From positions 2,208,001-2,272,000 of the forward strand of contig CAVYGB010000008.1 of assembly GCA_963767925.1 (NCBI GenBank): a stretch of 64,000 nucleotides of DNA, read 5' to 3'. The notes under the pieces were generated by a model. It was not told the origin of the DNA. It saw nothing but the letters and a program-made list of their open reading frames with translations, and ran no database searches. How positions within the stretch are numbered: the stretch's first letter is position 1; each line of letters starts with the position of its first letter. Positions 1 to 9,527 of this stretch are shown piece by piece. Source of the stretch: an uncultured delta proteobacterium. Its GTDB lineage: Bacteria; Myxococcota_A; Polyangia; Fen-1088. Made by a program: the position numbers and the translations under genes.

Positions 1-512
1 CCACGCCGCTGGGGATGCTCGTGTACGGCCGGGACTGGTTCAACCCTGGACCCGAGCTGGTGGCCAGGCTGGCCGCCGCCATCCCTACCCTGGTCGCCTG
101 GAAAGACGGCATCGGCGACCTCCGGCGCTACCAGATGATCCGGCAGCGGGTCGGCGATCGGCTGGCCTGGGTGGGCGGGGCCGGCGACGACATGGTGCCG
201 GGGTATTACGCCATGGGGCTGCGGGCCTACACCTCCAGCATCGCCACCGTCTCGCCCGCGCTGTCGATCGCCCTCGACAAGGTCGCGGCCGCCGGAGACG
301 CGCCCGGGCTGGCCCGGCTCATGAACGACTACGTCATCCCGCTTTATGCCCTGCGGGCCCGCAAGAAGGGCTACGAGGTCTCGGCCATGAAGGTGGCGAT
401 GGACGCGGTTGGGCTGGTGGGAGGCGCCGTCCGGCCGCCGCTGACCGCCGTCAAGCCCGAGGAGGCCGAGGAGATCCGGGCCATGATGACCCGCTGGACA
501 GCCTATCTCTAG
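1..512 (+). CDS. DHDPS-family lyase, 5-dehydro-4-deoxyglucarate dehydratase-like (5' end outside window)
   Basis: Schiff-base motif AWKDGIGD, YTSSIA, and C-terminal RKKGYEVSAMK...GAVRPPL, typical of KdgD-like enzymes. Confidence 0.75.
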   Translation, partial: TPLGMLVYGRDWFNPGPELVARLAAAIPTLVAWKDGIGDLRRYQMIRQRVGDRLAWVGGAGDDMVPGYYAMGLRAYTSSIATVSPALSIALDKVAAAGDAPGLARLMNDYVIPLYALRARKKGYEVSAMKVAMDAVGLVGGAVRPPLTAVKPEEAEEIRAMMTRWTAYL

Positions 513-521
513 GCGGTCCGG

Positions 522-2144
522 TCAGAGGGACAGGCGGGGCTGGGCCCCCTCGGAGAGGGCGCGGATCTCGGTCGTGTCGAGCTTGCGGTTGTAGACGACG
601 AGCTCGTCGATCACGCCCTGGAACAGCTCGTTGACGACGCTCGGGTCCGAGCCATTGACGCCCCCTCCGATGATGAGCGGGTTGGTGCCGCCGCCCAGCG
701 GGGCCTGGCCGTCGCGGCGCCGCTGCATCACCTCCTCGCCGTCGATGAACAGGCGGGTCCGACCGCTGGCGTCGAGGGTGGCGGCCAGGTGGTGCCAGGC
801 CCCCCGCTGGCGGGGAAAGGCAGCCAGGGTGGCCTGCCCCCGGAACCGGGTGCGCATCCAGAGCTCGTCGTTGCGGAAGCCGAGGTGGAAGTTGTCGAGC
901 TCGCCCGAGCCGTATTGTTGCGACACCACCGCCCGCACGTGTTGCTGGTTGCCCACCCGCCGCAGCCACAGGCTGATCGATAGATCGCTGCCGAGGCCGG
1001 AGAGGGCCTCCACCTTGGGGCACTCCAGCCAGCCCTTTCCGTTGAGCGACACCGCGCCCCCCAGCCGTCCATCGGTCCAGGCGCCCTGGGGATCGAGGCC
1101 CCGCAGGAGGCAGTCGTTGCCGTGGCCCGACAGGTCACGGGCCGAGCCGCTCCCGGTCGCTTCGTCGAAGCGCCAGTAGCCGACCAGCCCCCGTCCCAGC
1201 GCGGATCTTCCGGGTGCCGGCGGCGGGGCCGAGGCGAGCCGGACCGGCGAGATCGCGACGAAGCTGGGGGCCAGGTTGCGCAGCGCCGGCGCGGGCACGG
1301 GTGGCGCCGCCTGGGCGCTGGCGACCGACATCGTGGAGGGCTGCGGGAACCCGCGCGAGAGCGAGCGGGCGTCGCCGCAGATCAGAACCAGGAGCAGCCC
1401 GGCTGCGCCGACGAACGCCGCCCCACCGACCGGGAGCCAGCTCGCCCCCGAGGCAACTGGAGGTCGGGAGGCGGGCCGGGGGGAGAGCCCGAAGCCGGGG
1501 ACCAGGGCCAGGCGGCGGGCCCGCGAGACCGCTCGGCGGCGCCGCTCCGCCTTGGCGTCGGCAACCGCTGGCTCCGGCGCCTCCACAGGCGCGCTGGCGG
1601 CCAGGTAAGGCGCGAGCTGGGCCCGCGTCGACCGCACCGTCTGGAGCTGCTTGAGCGCCTTGCCGAAGGCCTTGCGAGCCGCGCGCAGGCGGGTGTGGGC
1701 GGTCGGGACCGGGACCGCCAGCGTGTCGGCGATCTCGCGCACCGAGACGCCGTCTACGTCGTGGCTCAGGACGAGAAAGCGGTGCTTCTCGGGCAGCGCG
1801 TCCAGCACCCGCCACACGAGGGACCGGGCGCTGTCGGCGGCCAGCGCCTGCTCCGGGTCGGGGCGCGCGTCCTCGAGATCCAGGAAGCCACCCGGGACCT
1901 CGCGCGCGGCCCGCTGGCGGTGGTTGTAGGCCACGCGGAAGGCGATCCCGGCCAGCCAGGGGCGGATGGGCCGGGCCGGGTCGTACTGGCGCCAGCGCCG
2001 CCACATGACCAGGAAGACCTCCTGCGCCAGATCCTCGACGTCGGAGACCGTGGCCCCGTAACGCCGGAGGACGTGGTGTACGTAATCGAACTCGGCTTCG
2101 AAGACACCGACGCAGGCGGTGAAGTCGGCGGCCGTGGGGTGCAT
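522..2144 (-). CDS. ECF sigma-70 factor fused through a TM helix to a C-terminal LamG/concanavalin-like domain
   Basis: Region 2 DVEDLAQEVFLVMWRR...IRPWLAGIA; region 4 SVREIADTLAVPVPTAHTRLRAAR; hydrophobic AAFVGAAGLLLVLIC; LamG motifs GLVGYWRFDE, WHHLAAT, FQGVIDELVVYNRKL; ATG at 2144 chosen as start. Confidence 0.85.
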   Translation of the reverse strand: MHPTAADFTACVGVFEAEFDYVHHVLRRYGATVSDVEDLAQEVFLVMWRRWRQYDPARPIRPWLAGIAFRVAYNHRQRAAREVPGGFLDLEDARPDPEQALAADSARSLVWRVLDALPEKHRFLVLSHDVDGVSVREIADTLAVPVPTAHTRLRAARKAFGKALKQLQTVRSTRAQLAPYLAASAPVEAPEPAVADAKAERRRRAVSRARRLALVPGFGLSPRPASRPPVASGASWLPVGGAAFVGAAGLLLVLICGDARSLSRGFPQPSTMSVASAQAAPPVPAPALRNLAPSFVAISPVRLASAPPPAPGRSALGRGLVGYWRFDEATGSGSARDLSGHGNDCLLRGLDPQGAWTDGRLGGAVSLNGKGWLECPKVEALSGLGSDLSISLWLRRVGNQQHVRAVVSQQYGSGELDNFHLGFRNDELWMRTRFRGQATLAAFPRQRGAWHHLAATLDASGRTRLFIDGEEVMQRRRDGQAPLGGGTNPLIIGGGVNGSDPSVVNELFQGVIDELVVYNRKLDTTEIRALSEGAQPRLSL

Positions 2145-2220
2145 CGGTCGGGATCCTACACCGGCGGGGCCGAAACGGGGCCTTGACGGTGGGCGGCTCG
2201 AACGGTATCCCGCCACCCTG

Positions 2221-4869
2221 ATGGCCGCCGCCAAGCTCGCCGCGCTCCTGGTCTGCCTCGCGTGGCAGGGGCCGGCGCACGCGCAGCCGCCGGCGGCCTC
2301 ACCAGCGGCCGCGCTGCGCGTGGTGTCAGGCGCGAACGGCGCGCTCGAGCTGCGGGCCGGCGAACGCCGGCTCGCCGAGATAAAGGTCGTGACGCCGGTC
2401 GCAAAGCGCGGCGAGCCGCGGGTCAGAGAGGCCCATGTCGAGGGCCGGCGGGTTGTCGAGGTGCAGGTCCCGATCCGGGACGAAGACGCCGCCGAGGCCT
2501 GGGTCGGGGCGATCGGATCGGGCGGCGCCAGCCCGATCTGGACCGGACGGCTGGGCGCGGTCGACCCCGACGGGGAGGTGGCCCGGCACCTCGCGCTCGA
2601 AGCGGGCGGCCTTTCGCTCTACCAGGCGGCCGGTCGGATCGCGGGCTGCGATGGGCAGCGGGTGCGGCTGTTCGAGCGTCGCTACGACTTCGCCAGCCGC
2701 CGCTTCAAGGCGGTCGCGACGCTGCCGCCGCCCGGGCCGGGCCCGGTGATCGTGGTCCGGCGGGGTGGCGGCGAGGTGCCGGCGGGACGACCCCGGATCT
2801 CCTTCCCCTTCACGACGACCTCGGCGCCGCCGGTCGACGCGGGCGAGCCAGGCGACGTCGGTCACCTGGTGGCGCCGCTGGCGCTCAACGACGGTGACCC
2901 GGAGACGGTCTGGGCGGAGGGGGACGCCGGCGATGGCCGCGGCGAGGTCCTGACGGCGCGATCGGGGACGGCCGGGCACGCGGTTGTCGGGTTGCGGGTG
3001 TTGCCCGGCGACACCCGCTCGGCCGAGCTGCTCGCCCGCCGGGCCCGCCCCCGGGCGCTGTCGCTGATCCTCGGGCCGGCCCCCGAGCAGCGCTTCGAGG
3101 TGGTGCTCGAGGAGCGCGAGCCGCCGGGGCCGGAGCGCTACCGCAAGCCGTTCTGGATCCCCCTGCCCCGCCCGGTCGTCTCGTCCTGCGTGACGATCGT
3201 GGTGCGGGAGGTGACGCCGGGGACCGGGGCCCGGGATCGGACCACCTCCGCCTGGGGGGACATCGACGTGTTCACCGACCTCGACGGCGAAAAGGGGGTC
3301 GAGCGGCTGGTGGCGGCGATCGAAGGTCCCGACTGCGAGCCGCGCGTCGCCGACGTGGTAGCGGTGGGGGCCCAGGCCCTGCCCGGCCTGGCCCAGTCGC
3401 TGGGGCGGGTCCAGGGCGGCGCCCTCGACTGCGTGCTCGAGGCGCTGGGGCGGCTCGCCCAGGCCCAGCCGCTGCCCGACGAGCAGGGCCGGCTGACCGA
3501 GAGCCTGCTCGCGGCGCTGGGGGCCGCCACCCCCGAGCAGGAACGCCCGATCTTGACCTTGCTGGCGCGCCTGCGCGAGCCGCCGGTCGAGCGCCTGGCC
3601 GCGCGGCTGCGCGACGGCGCGGCCAGCGGCGAGGAGCGGGCCCGCGCCGCCCGCGGGCTGGCTGCCCTCGACCGCACCGACGCCTGGCCGGTCCTGCTGG
3701 GGCACCTCGGCGAGGGTCCCCCGGAGCTGCGGGCCATCCTGCGCGGGCTGTGCGGGGCGGCGCCGGATTCCCTGGTGGCACCGATCCAGTCGGCCATCCG
3801 CTCGGCCCCGCGCGACGAGATCGGCCGGCGCGCGGATCTGGTCTGGGTCCTGGGCGCGCTGGCGGGCCGCGCCGGCCGGCCGCCCAGGCCCGAGGTGGGC
3901 GCGCTGCTCGCAACCCTGGCCGGCGAACGGGACGAGGCGTTCGAGGTTCGAGCCCGGGCGCTCGCGGTGCTCGGCCACTGGCCCGACGAGGGCGCGGTCG
4001 GCGCCCTGGAGAAGGTGCGGGCCGCGTCGCCCGATGCGGCCCTCCGCCTGGTGGCGGTCCGCGCCCTGGCTGCCCGGCCCGAGGCGGCCGCCACGACGGC
4101 CCTGCGGGCGGCGATCGCGGACGCCGATCCGGGCGTGCGGCAGGTCGCCGCCGAGCGGCTGGGCGCTCGCCGCGATCGGGAGGCGACGCCGCTGCTGATC
4201 GGGGCGGCCAAGCAGGAGCCCTGGCCGGCCGTGCGGCGGGCGGAGATCGCCGCACTCGGTGAGCTGTGTGGCCCCGGCGCGAGCGACCTGATCGTGCGGG
4301 CCATCGAGCGCGACGTCGACGACGTCCGCCGGGCGGCCCTGCGGGGCCTCGTCTCCTGCAAGGACGGCCGGGCCCCGGCCCGCCTCCTGTCGGTGCTGTC
4401 GCAGCCGCGCGAGAAGAGCGCCCTGCGGAACCAGGCCGCCCTCCTGCTGTTCGATCTGAAGGACCGCAGCACGGCCCCCGGCCTGGCGGGCGCCCTGGAG
4501 CGGCTGCTCGTCGAGGCGCAGGCCGACCTGGCGCTGGAGGCGACCGCCACCGCTACCTTGCGGGCGCTGGCCGAGGTGGGCGGCCCGGTGGCCCTGCAAG
4601 CGGCCCTCAAGCTCCGCTCGGATCCCCGCCCGGTGGTGCGACGAAGCGCCAGCGAGGCGCTCGGCCGGCTGTGCGACCCGGGCGCCGGCGCCCAGGCCCT
4701 GCGCGCCGCCACCCGCGACCCCGACGCGGCGGTGGCAGCCGCCGCCGCCGCGGCCCTGCGCCGCTGTGGCGCGGCCCAGGGGCGAAATTCTGGTAACGGT
4801 GGTCAATTCTCGCCAGGTGCGGGACTTCGCCAAGGCCACGGGTGTGCTGGCCAAGACCGACAGGATTGA
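2221..4869 (+). CDS. Secreted HEAT/PBS-lyase repeat protein
   Basis: Signal peptide MAAAKLAALLVCLAWQGPAHA; many DPxVRxxAAxALG-type helical repeats in the C-terminal half; the last ~30 codons run into IS110 DNA. Confidence 0.75.
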   Translation: MAAAKLAALLVCLAWQGPAHAQPPAASPAAALRVVSGANGALELRAGERRLAEIKVVTPVAKRGEPRVREAHVEGRRVVEVQVPIRDEDAAEAWVGAIGSGGASPIWTGRLGAVDPDGEVARHLALEAGGLSLYQAAGRIAGCDGQRVRLFERRYDFASRRFKAVATLPPPGPGPVIVVRRGGGEVPAGRPRISFPFTTTSAPPVDAGEPGDVGHLVAPLALNDGDPETVWAEGDAGDGRGEVLTARSGTAGHAVVGLRVLPGDTRSAELLARRARPRALSLILGPAPEQRFEVVLEEREPPGPERYRKPFWIPLPRPVVSSCVTIVVREVTPGTGARDRTTSAWGDIDVFTDLDGEKGVERLVAAIEGPDCEPRVADVVAVGAQALPGLAQSLGRVQGGALDCVLEALGRLAQAQPLPDEQGRLTESLLAALGAATPEQERPILTLLARLREPPVERLAARLRDGAASGEERARAARGLAALDRTDAWPVLLGHLGEGPPELRAILRGLCGAAPDSLVAPIQSAIRSAPRDEIGRRADLVWVLGALAGRAGRPPRPEVGALLATLAGERDEAFEVRARALAVLGHWPDEGAVGALEKVRAASPDAALRLVAVRALAARPEAAATTALRAAIADADPGVRQVAAERLGARRDREATPLLIGAAKQEPWPAVRRAEIAALGELCGPGASDLIVRAIERDVDDVRRAALRGLVSCKDGRAPARLLSVLSQPREKSALRNQAALLLFDLKDRSTAPGLAGALERLLVEAQADLALEATATATLRALAEVGGPVALQAALKLRSDPRPVVRRSASEALGRLCDPGAGAQALRAATRDPDAAVAAAAAAALRRCGAAQGRNSGNGGQFSPGAGLRQGHGCAGQDRQD

Positions 4870-4945
4870 CGGACGAATCCTGGCCAGATTCGCGGGAGCC
4901 ATCCGCCCAGAGCCCCGGCACCTGCCGACGCCGGAGGCCAAGGAC
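4790..4945 (+). mobile_element. IS110-family transposase fragment
   Basis: VVNSRQVRDFAKATGVLAKTDRIDGRILARFA carries the IS110 N-terminal KTDxxDA-like motif. Confidence 0.8.
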
Positions 4946-5118
4946 CTCGGGGATGGTTTTGGTGCCGGTGGACCCGACACCATTGCGCCAGCCGTCTGAG
5001 CGCCTGCTGTGAAACGCCCTGAGGCGGTCTTACATCCGGCAGCCCGCCGTCCCCTCAGCGTGCCTGTCCGCAAGTGCCTGTGGCCAGGAAGTCGAAGACC
5101 TCCGGCGAACCTCCCACC

Positions 5119-5390
5119 GTAGCCGTCCGGCCGGCGACGGCGTGACGGCTCCGCGGGCCCGGGTTACTCAGGTAACGTGAGGCGGAGGTCGCCGTCAGCC
5201 CGACTGGCGCCACTTGTGGGGCAGCAAGTCGTTGAGGGCGGCAGCGGGGTGGGAGCCGATGCGGCCGAGGACGTCGGTCAGATAGGCGATGGGTTCGACG
5301 CCGTTCGCGTCGCAGGTGGCGGTGAGGGAGTAGAGACCGGCGATGTTGTCGCCCGCCTCCTCGTGCCCGACGAACAAGAAGTTCTTCCTC
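5119..5390 (-). mobile_element. IS66 tnpC 3' fragment with right-end-like terminus
   Basis: RKNFLFVGHEEAGDNIAGLYSLTATCDANGVEPIAYLTDVL...LLPHKW; GTAGCCGTCCGG at 5119 resembles an IS66 terminus. Confidence 0.8.
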
Positions 5391-5420
5391 TTATGCAGAG
5401 CTCCGCATAAGAGGAAGAAC
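5381..5420. repeat. 40-bp near-perfect palindrome joining two IS66 fragments
   Basis: GTTCTTCCTCTTATGC-AGAGCTCC-GCATAAGAGGAAGAAC: perfect 16-bp arms around an almost palindromic 8-bp core. Confidence 0.95.
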
Positions 5421-5720
5421 TACCTCTTCGCGGGATCGGACACCGGTGGCGAGCGCGCAGCGATCGCGCACACGATCCTCGGCTCCTGCCGCCTGGTCGG
5501 CGTGAATCCCGTCGCGTACCTGACGGACGTCCTCCCGCGCCTCGGCCGCCGCGTGCGGCTACGTGATCTCCCGGCGCTCATGCCCGCCAAGTGGAGGGCG
5601 GAGCGATCCGCGGGCGCCGCGGGGGACGCCGCCGCCGTCCCGGCCGGCTGACCCAAGGTCACCTCAGGGATCAAGAAGGAAACCGCTGGGGCGGCGGGGT
5701 GCGTTTCAGCGGACGGACAC
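5411..5720 (+). mobile_element. Second, different IS66 tnpC 3' fragment with right-end-like terminus
   Basis: RKNYLFAGSDTGGERAAIAHTILGSCRLVGVNPVAYLTDVL...LMPAKW; ends ...CGGACGGACAC at 5720. Confidence 0.8.
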
Positions 5721-6150
5721 CCACGCTCTGCTGTCCCGGGCCAGCTTCGCGCCGGACAAGGCGCTGCATCTTCCACAGGATCTGACGGCCCAGGAGGAGC
5801 TGGCCATCCTTCACGACCTCCGGCTCCTCCCGGGTGACGAGCGGGGCCGGGTCCTCTCCATCGTCGCCGCCTTGGGCGTTGACCCCGATCGCCTGCTTGC
5901 CTCGCGGCGGCTGTCGCCCGGGGAGGCGCGCAAGGTGCTACTGGCTCTCGGCCTCGGGCGGAACGTGTGGGCGCTCGTCCTCGACGAGCCGACAAATCAT
6001 CAGGACCTATCCTCTATCGAGCGGATCGAAGAGGCGGTGGAACGTTTCCCGGGCGCCCTGCTTCTCGTGACCCACGACGACCATTTCGCCTCCGCCGCCG
6101 GCACCTCTGTTCGCTGGCGAATCGCGGAGGGACCGGTCTCCGTCGAATGA
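5721..6150 (+). pseudogene. ABC-F ATPase C-terminal fragment, truncated by IS66
   Basis: LSPGEARK signature variant, Walker B LVLDEPTNH, LLLVTHD; no Walker A or start codon. Confidence 0.7.
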
Positions 6151-6155
6151 GAGGC

Positions 6156-7590
6156 TCAAGCCGGTTCGCTCGGTGCCGGGCTCGAGCTGGACTCGGTGCG
6201 ACCGCTTCGCGGGGCGTTCTGGAGGTCCGTGAGCCGGGCATAGACTGCGTGGTTCTGCAGCAGATCGTCGTGGCTCCCCGTCTCGATGATCTTGCCCTTC
6301 TCCAGCACGACGATCAGGTCCGCGTTCCGCACCGTGCTCAGGCGGTGGGCGATCACCAGGGTGGTCCGTCCCACCCGCAGGCGATCCAGCGTGCACGTAT
6401 TGTTCGCTCTCGCTGTCCAGGGCGCTGGTGGCCTCATCGAGCACAAGGACGCGCGGCTGCCGCAGAATGGCCCGGGCGATCGCGATCCGCTGCCGCTGAC
6501 CACCGCTCAGAGTCACCCCCCGTTCGCCAACGAGCGTATCGAAGCCGGCGGGCAGCTCCCGGATGAACTTGTCGGCGTGGGCCTGCGCCGCGGCCTCCTC
6601 GACCGCCGCGTCGCTGGCATCCGGGACGGCGTACCGGATGTTGTCCCGGACCGTTCCCGTGAACAGGACGGGATCCTGGGACACCAAAGCTAGCTGCCGC
6701 CGCAGGTCGGCCAGGGGAAATTCCCGGATATCGGTGCCGTCGATCAGCAGCCGTCCCTCCGTGGGATCGAAGAAGCGGAAGACCAACCTACCGAGGGTTG
6801 TCTTGCCCGAGCCACTGGCGCCGACCAGCCCGCAGACCTGCCGGCGGGGATCGACAGGCTGACGCGGCTGAGAACAGCTTCGCTATCCGAGCCGTAGCGA
6901 AAGCCGACGTTCTCGAATTCTATCTGGCCGGTCGTGACGCGGACCTTCCCACCCGTCTCGGCCGGCCCCCGCTCGGGCACCTCGTCCAGCAGGTGGAACA
7001 CCTGGCGACTGGCGCCGAGCGCCGCCTGGAGGTCGGCCCAGAGCTGGATCAGCATCCCAGATGCACCCTGGACGTACATCGCATATCCCAGGAGGGCTAT
7101 CAGCTCGCCGGTGCTCGTCGTCCCGGCAATGACCATCCGTCCACCCATCCAGAAGAGCCCGACGATGGCGCCGAATACCAGGAAGGTGGTGACGCTGGCC
7201 AGGGCGGCCTCCTGGGCCGCTTTGCGCTGGTACAGGAGGTACGCCCCCTCCAGCAGGGCTCCAAAGCGCGAGCCCTCTCGCTTCTCCCCGCCGAAGGTCT
7301 TGACGGTCTCGATGCCCGCCACGCCCTCCTGGAACGCGCCCATGGCGCCGGCAAGCTCGCCCTGGGCTCTTTCGCTGGTGTTCTGAATCTGCTTGCCCAG
7401 GGCATGCGCCGCCATCAGCAGGGGGGGAATGGCGGCGAGCATGGCCAGGGTAAGGGTGGGACTGATCACAGTCATCATGATGATCCCCCCGATGAGACCG
7501 AACGGCCCGCGCACCAGGTAAGCCGGCGCCGTGGTCAGGCTCGCCCGCAGCTGGGCGATGTCGTTGGACACCGCGGACTGCAGCTCCCCC
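6156..7590 (-). pseudogene. MsbA-like ABC exporter (TMD+NBD), 5'-truncated and frameshifted
   Basis: TM segments, [37 protein letters not shown] and [12 protein letters not shown] spread over three frames; N-terminal helices missing. Confidence 0.8.
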
Positions 7591-7951
7591 GTGAGCGGCG
7601 GTTTTGGGAGCCGAAGGCAAGGCCAACCACCGAGGCGGCCGCCGCGATGGCCGCCCGGTGAAGTCCACCATTTGTGCGGCGGCGAGCACTGAGTTCGGCG
7701 CTCGACGACAACGTCTCGAGGACGCGGACCAGCGCCTTTACGAGCTCGCCTTTGGCCACAGCCTCGACCTCCGAGCCCGTCCGGGGTGGCGCGCAGACGA
7801 GCCAGCTCGGCGACGGGCCGGCGTCCCGAGAACTGTTGCTGGGAAAGGAGGACGGGAGTCGTTTCTCAGCAGCGCCGCGCTCTGAGACGTCGGCCAGCGG
7901 AGGCTGAGCGGGGCCTATGGGCACTAAGAGTGAGCCGCTGAAACCTGTGAA

Positions 7952-8753
7952 TTACGCACGAGAGGCAGCGTTGAAGGCAATCAGCGCACAGGCGAGCCGA
8001 ACGAAGGCTAAGTAATTCTCGGCTTTGCGTTCCCAGCGGATGAGAAGACCTCGATATCGGTTGTGCCAGCTGTTGGTGCGCTCTACCACCCAGCGTCGCG
8101 GCCTACCGTGAACACAGCCGACCAGTGGTGGTTCGCCTCGCCGGCGGATGTGAGGAACGATTCGACGGCGGCGAACCTCCTGCTCACAGTCGGCGTAGTC
8201 GTAGCCTTTGTCGAGGCACAAGTTCTTGGGGCGACGTGGACCACGAGGGCCCCGCAGGACCATGGCATCCAGGGTCTGGCCCACCATCCACTTGTCGTGC
8301 ACGTTCGCCCCTGTGATGGTGACGGCCAGGGGCACGCCGTCGGCGTCGGTCAGGATGTGGCGCTTGGTCCCGAGTTTGGCCCGATCGGTCGGACTGGGGC
8401 CGGTGAGGTCCCCCCTTTTGGTGCCTTGACAGTGGCGCTGTCGAGCGAGCACCAGCTCAGGTCGACGCCAACATGCTGGTCGTAGTAGAGGACCATCTCC
8501 ACGTGCATCATGTGGAACACGCCCGCCGCTCGCCACTGCTGGAACCGGTGGTAGCACACGCTGCCGCTGCCGAACTCGCGGGGGATGGCATCCCATTGGG
8601 CACCCGGTCTTGAGCTTGTAGACGATTCCGGACATGACCTTGCGGTTGTCGTTCGGCGGTCGGCCGCCTTTGGGACTGCGTGCTCGCTTGGGAATCCCAA
8701 ACGCGCGTGCACTCCCAAACCTCTTCGGGGATGTCTTCGAATTGTGCCGTCAT
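7952..8753 (-). mobile_element. IS5-family transposase (orfA/orfB, frameshifted)
   Basis: GTKRHILTDADGVPLAV, LCLDKGYD, RWVVERTNSW DDE motifs; AAAAGGGGGG slippery site near 8410-8420; extra indels in orfA. Confidence 0.9.
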
Positions 8754-8898
8754 GGACAGTAGAGATCACGACCTGACGGGCTCGGCAAATTTTCGCTTGA
8801 ATTGGCACTCGCGCACCGTCGGTTGCAGCCACTGCGATGTCCCGGTCGCTGGTCTGGTCGGGCGCAACCAAGCCCCAACCGCCGCCGATAACCTGGTC

Positions 8899-9268
8899 AT
8901 GTCGCCGGGGCCCCGCACCTTTGACCATCATCGGCTCGACGCTTTCTGCGTGGCCCGCGATGCTCTACGCTTGGGCGACGCTCTTGCGCGGAGAATGCCA
9001 CGCGGGTATGCGACGTTGCAGGACCAGCTTCGGCGCGCTGTTGTCGGCATACCTGGGCATCGCCGAGGCATCCAGCCGAACGGGCGCCGACAGGATCTCA
9101 CGGTTCCGCACCGCCAGAGGCGAAGCGTCCGAGGCGGCAGCCGCCTTGGAGGCGGTTGCAATCCTGGGACTTGCTCCCGATACCGAGATCGAAGCGGTGA
9201 TGTCTCTGCTCGACCGGCTGTGCGCGATGCTCACTCGGCTCGCCGGCATGCACCGCCACCAACCCTGA
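8899..9268 (+). CDS. Four-helix-bundle protein (23S rRNA IVS/Avd-like family), one frameshift near 9040
   Basis: FDHHRLDAF...LQDQLRRA / SAYLGIAEASSR...RFRTARGEASEAAAALE...CAMLTRL. Confidence 0.8.
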
Positions 9269-9282
9269 TGACTGCCGCGGCT

Positions 9283-9461
9283 GTCGTGGTCGTGCTCGTG
9301 TGCGAGCCCGTGTTCGAGTTCGTGTCCGTGTGTGGTGAGCGTGTTCGGCCCGCGGGCCTCGGCTCGCGTGATTTACGCGCACCGAGAGCCGCCTGGCCGC
9401 TCAACGCTCGCCCCACACGAACTCGAACACGAACACGCGCTCGAACACGCCCACGAGCACG
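9283..9461. repeat. Long imperfect hairpin with NNCGWG hexamer arms
   Basis: GTCGTG/CTCGTG/TTCGAG/TTCGTG array mirrored by a CACGAA/CTCGAA/CACGAG array; inner arms also pair (TGAGCGT/ACGCTCG, CTCGG/CCGAG, CGCGT/ACGCG). Confidence 0.8.
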
Positions 9462-9527
9462 CGTCCCGCCCTCGATACCTCGTTTCGCCCATCGGCGCAA
9501 ATTCTCCACAGGTTTCAGCGGCTGGCT

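Noticed and set aside
9283..9461. CRISPR array or integron attC site
   Set aside because: No repeat-spacer periodicity, no RYYYAAC/GTTRRRY ends, and no cas or integrase genes in the window
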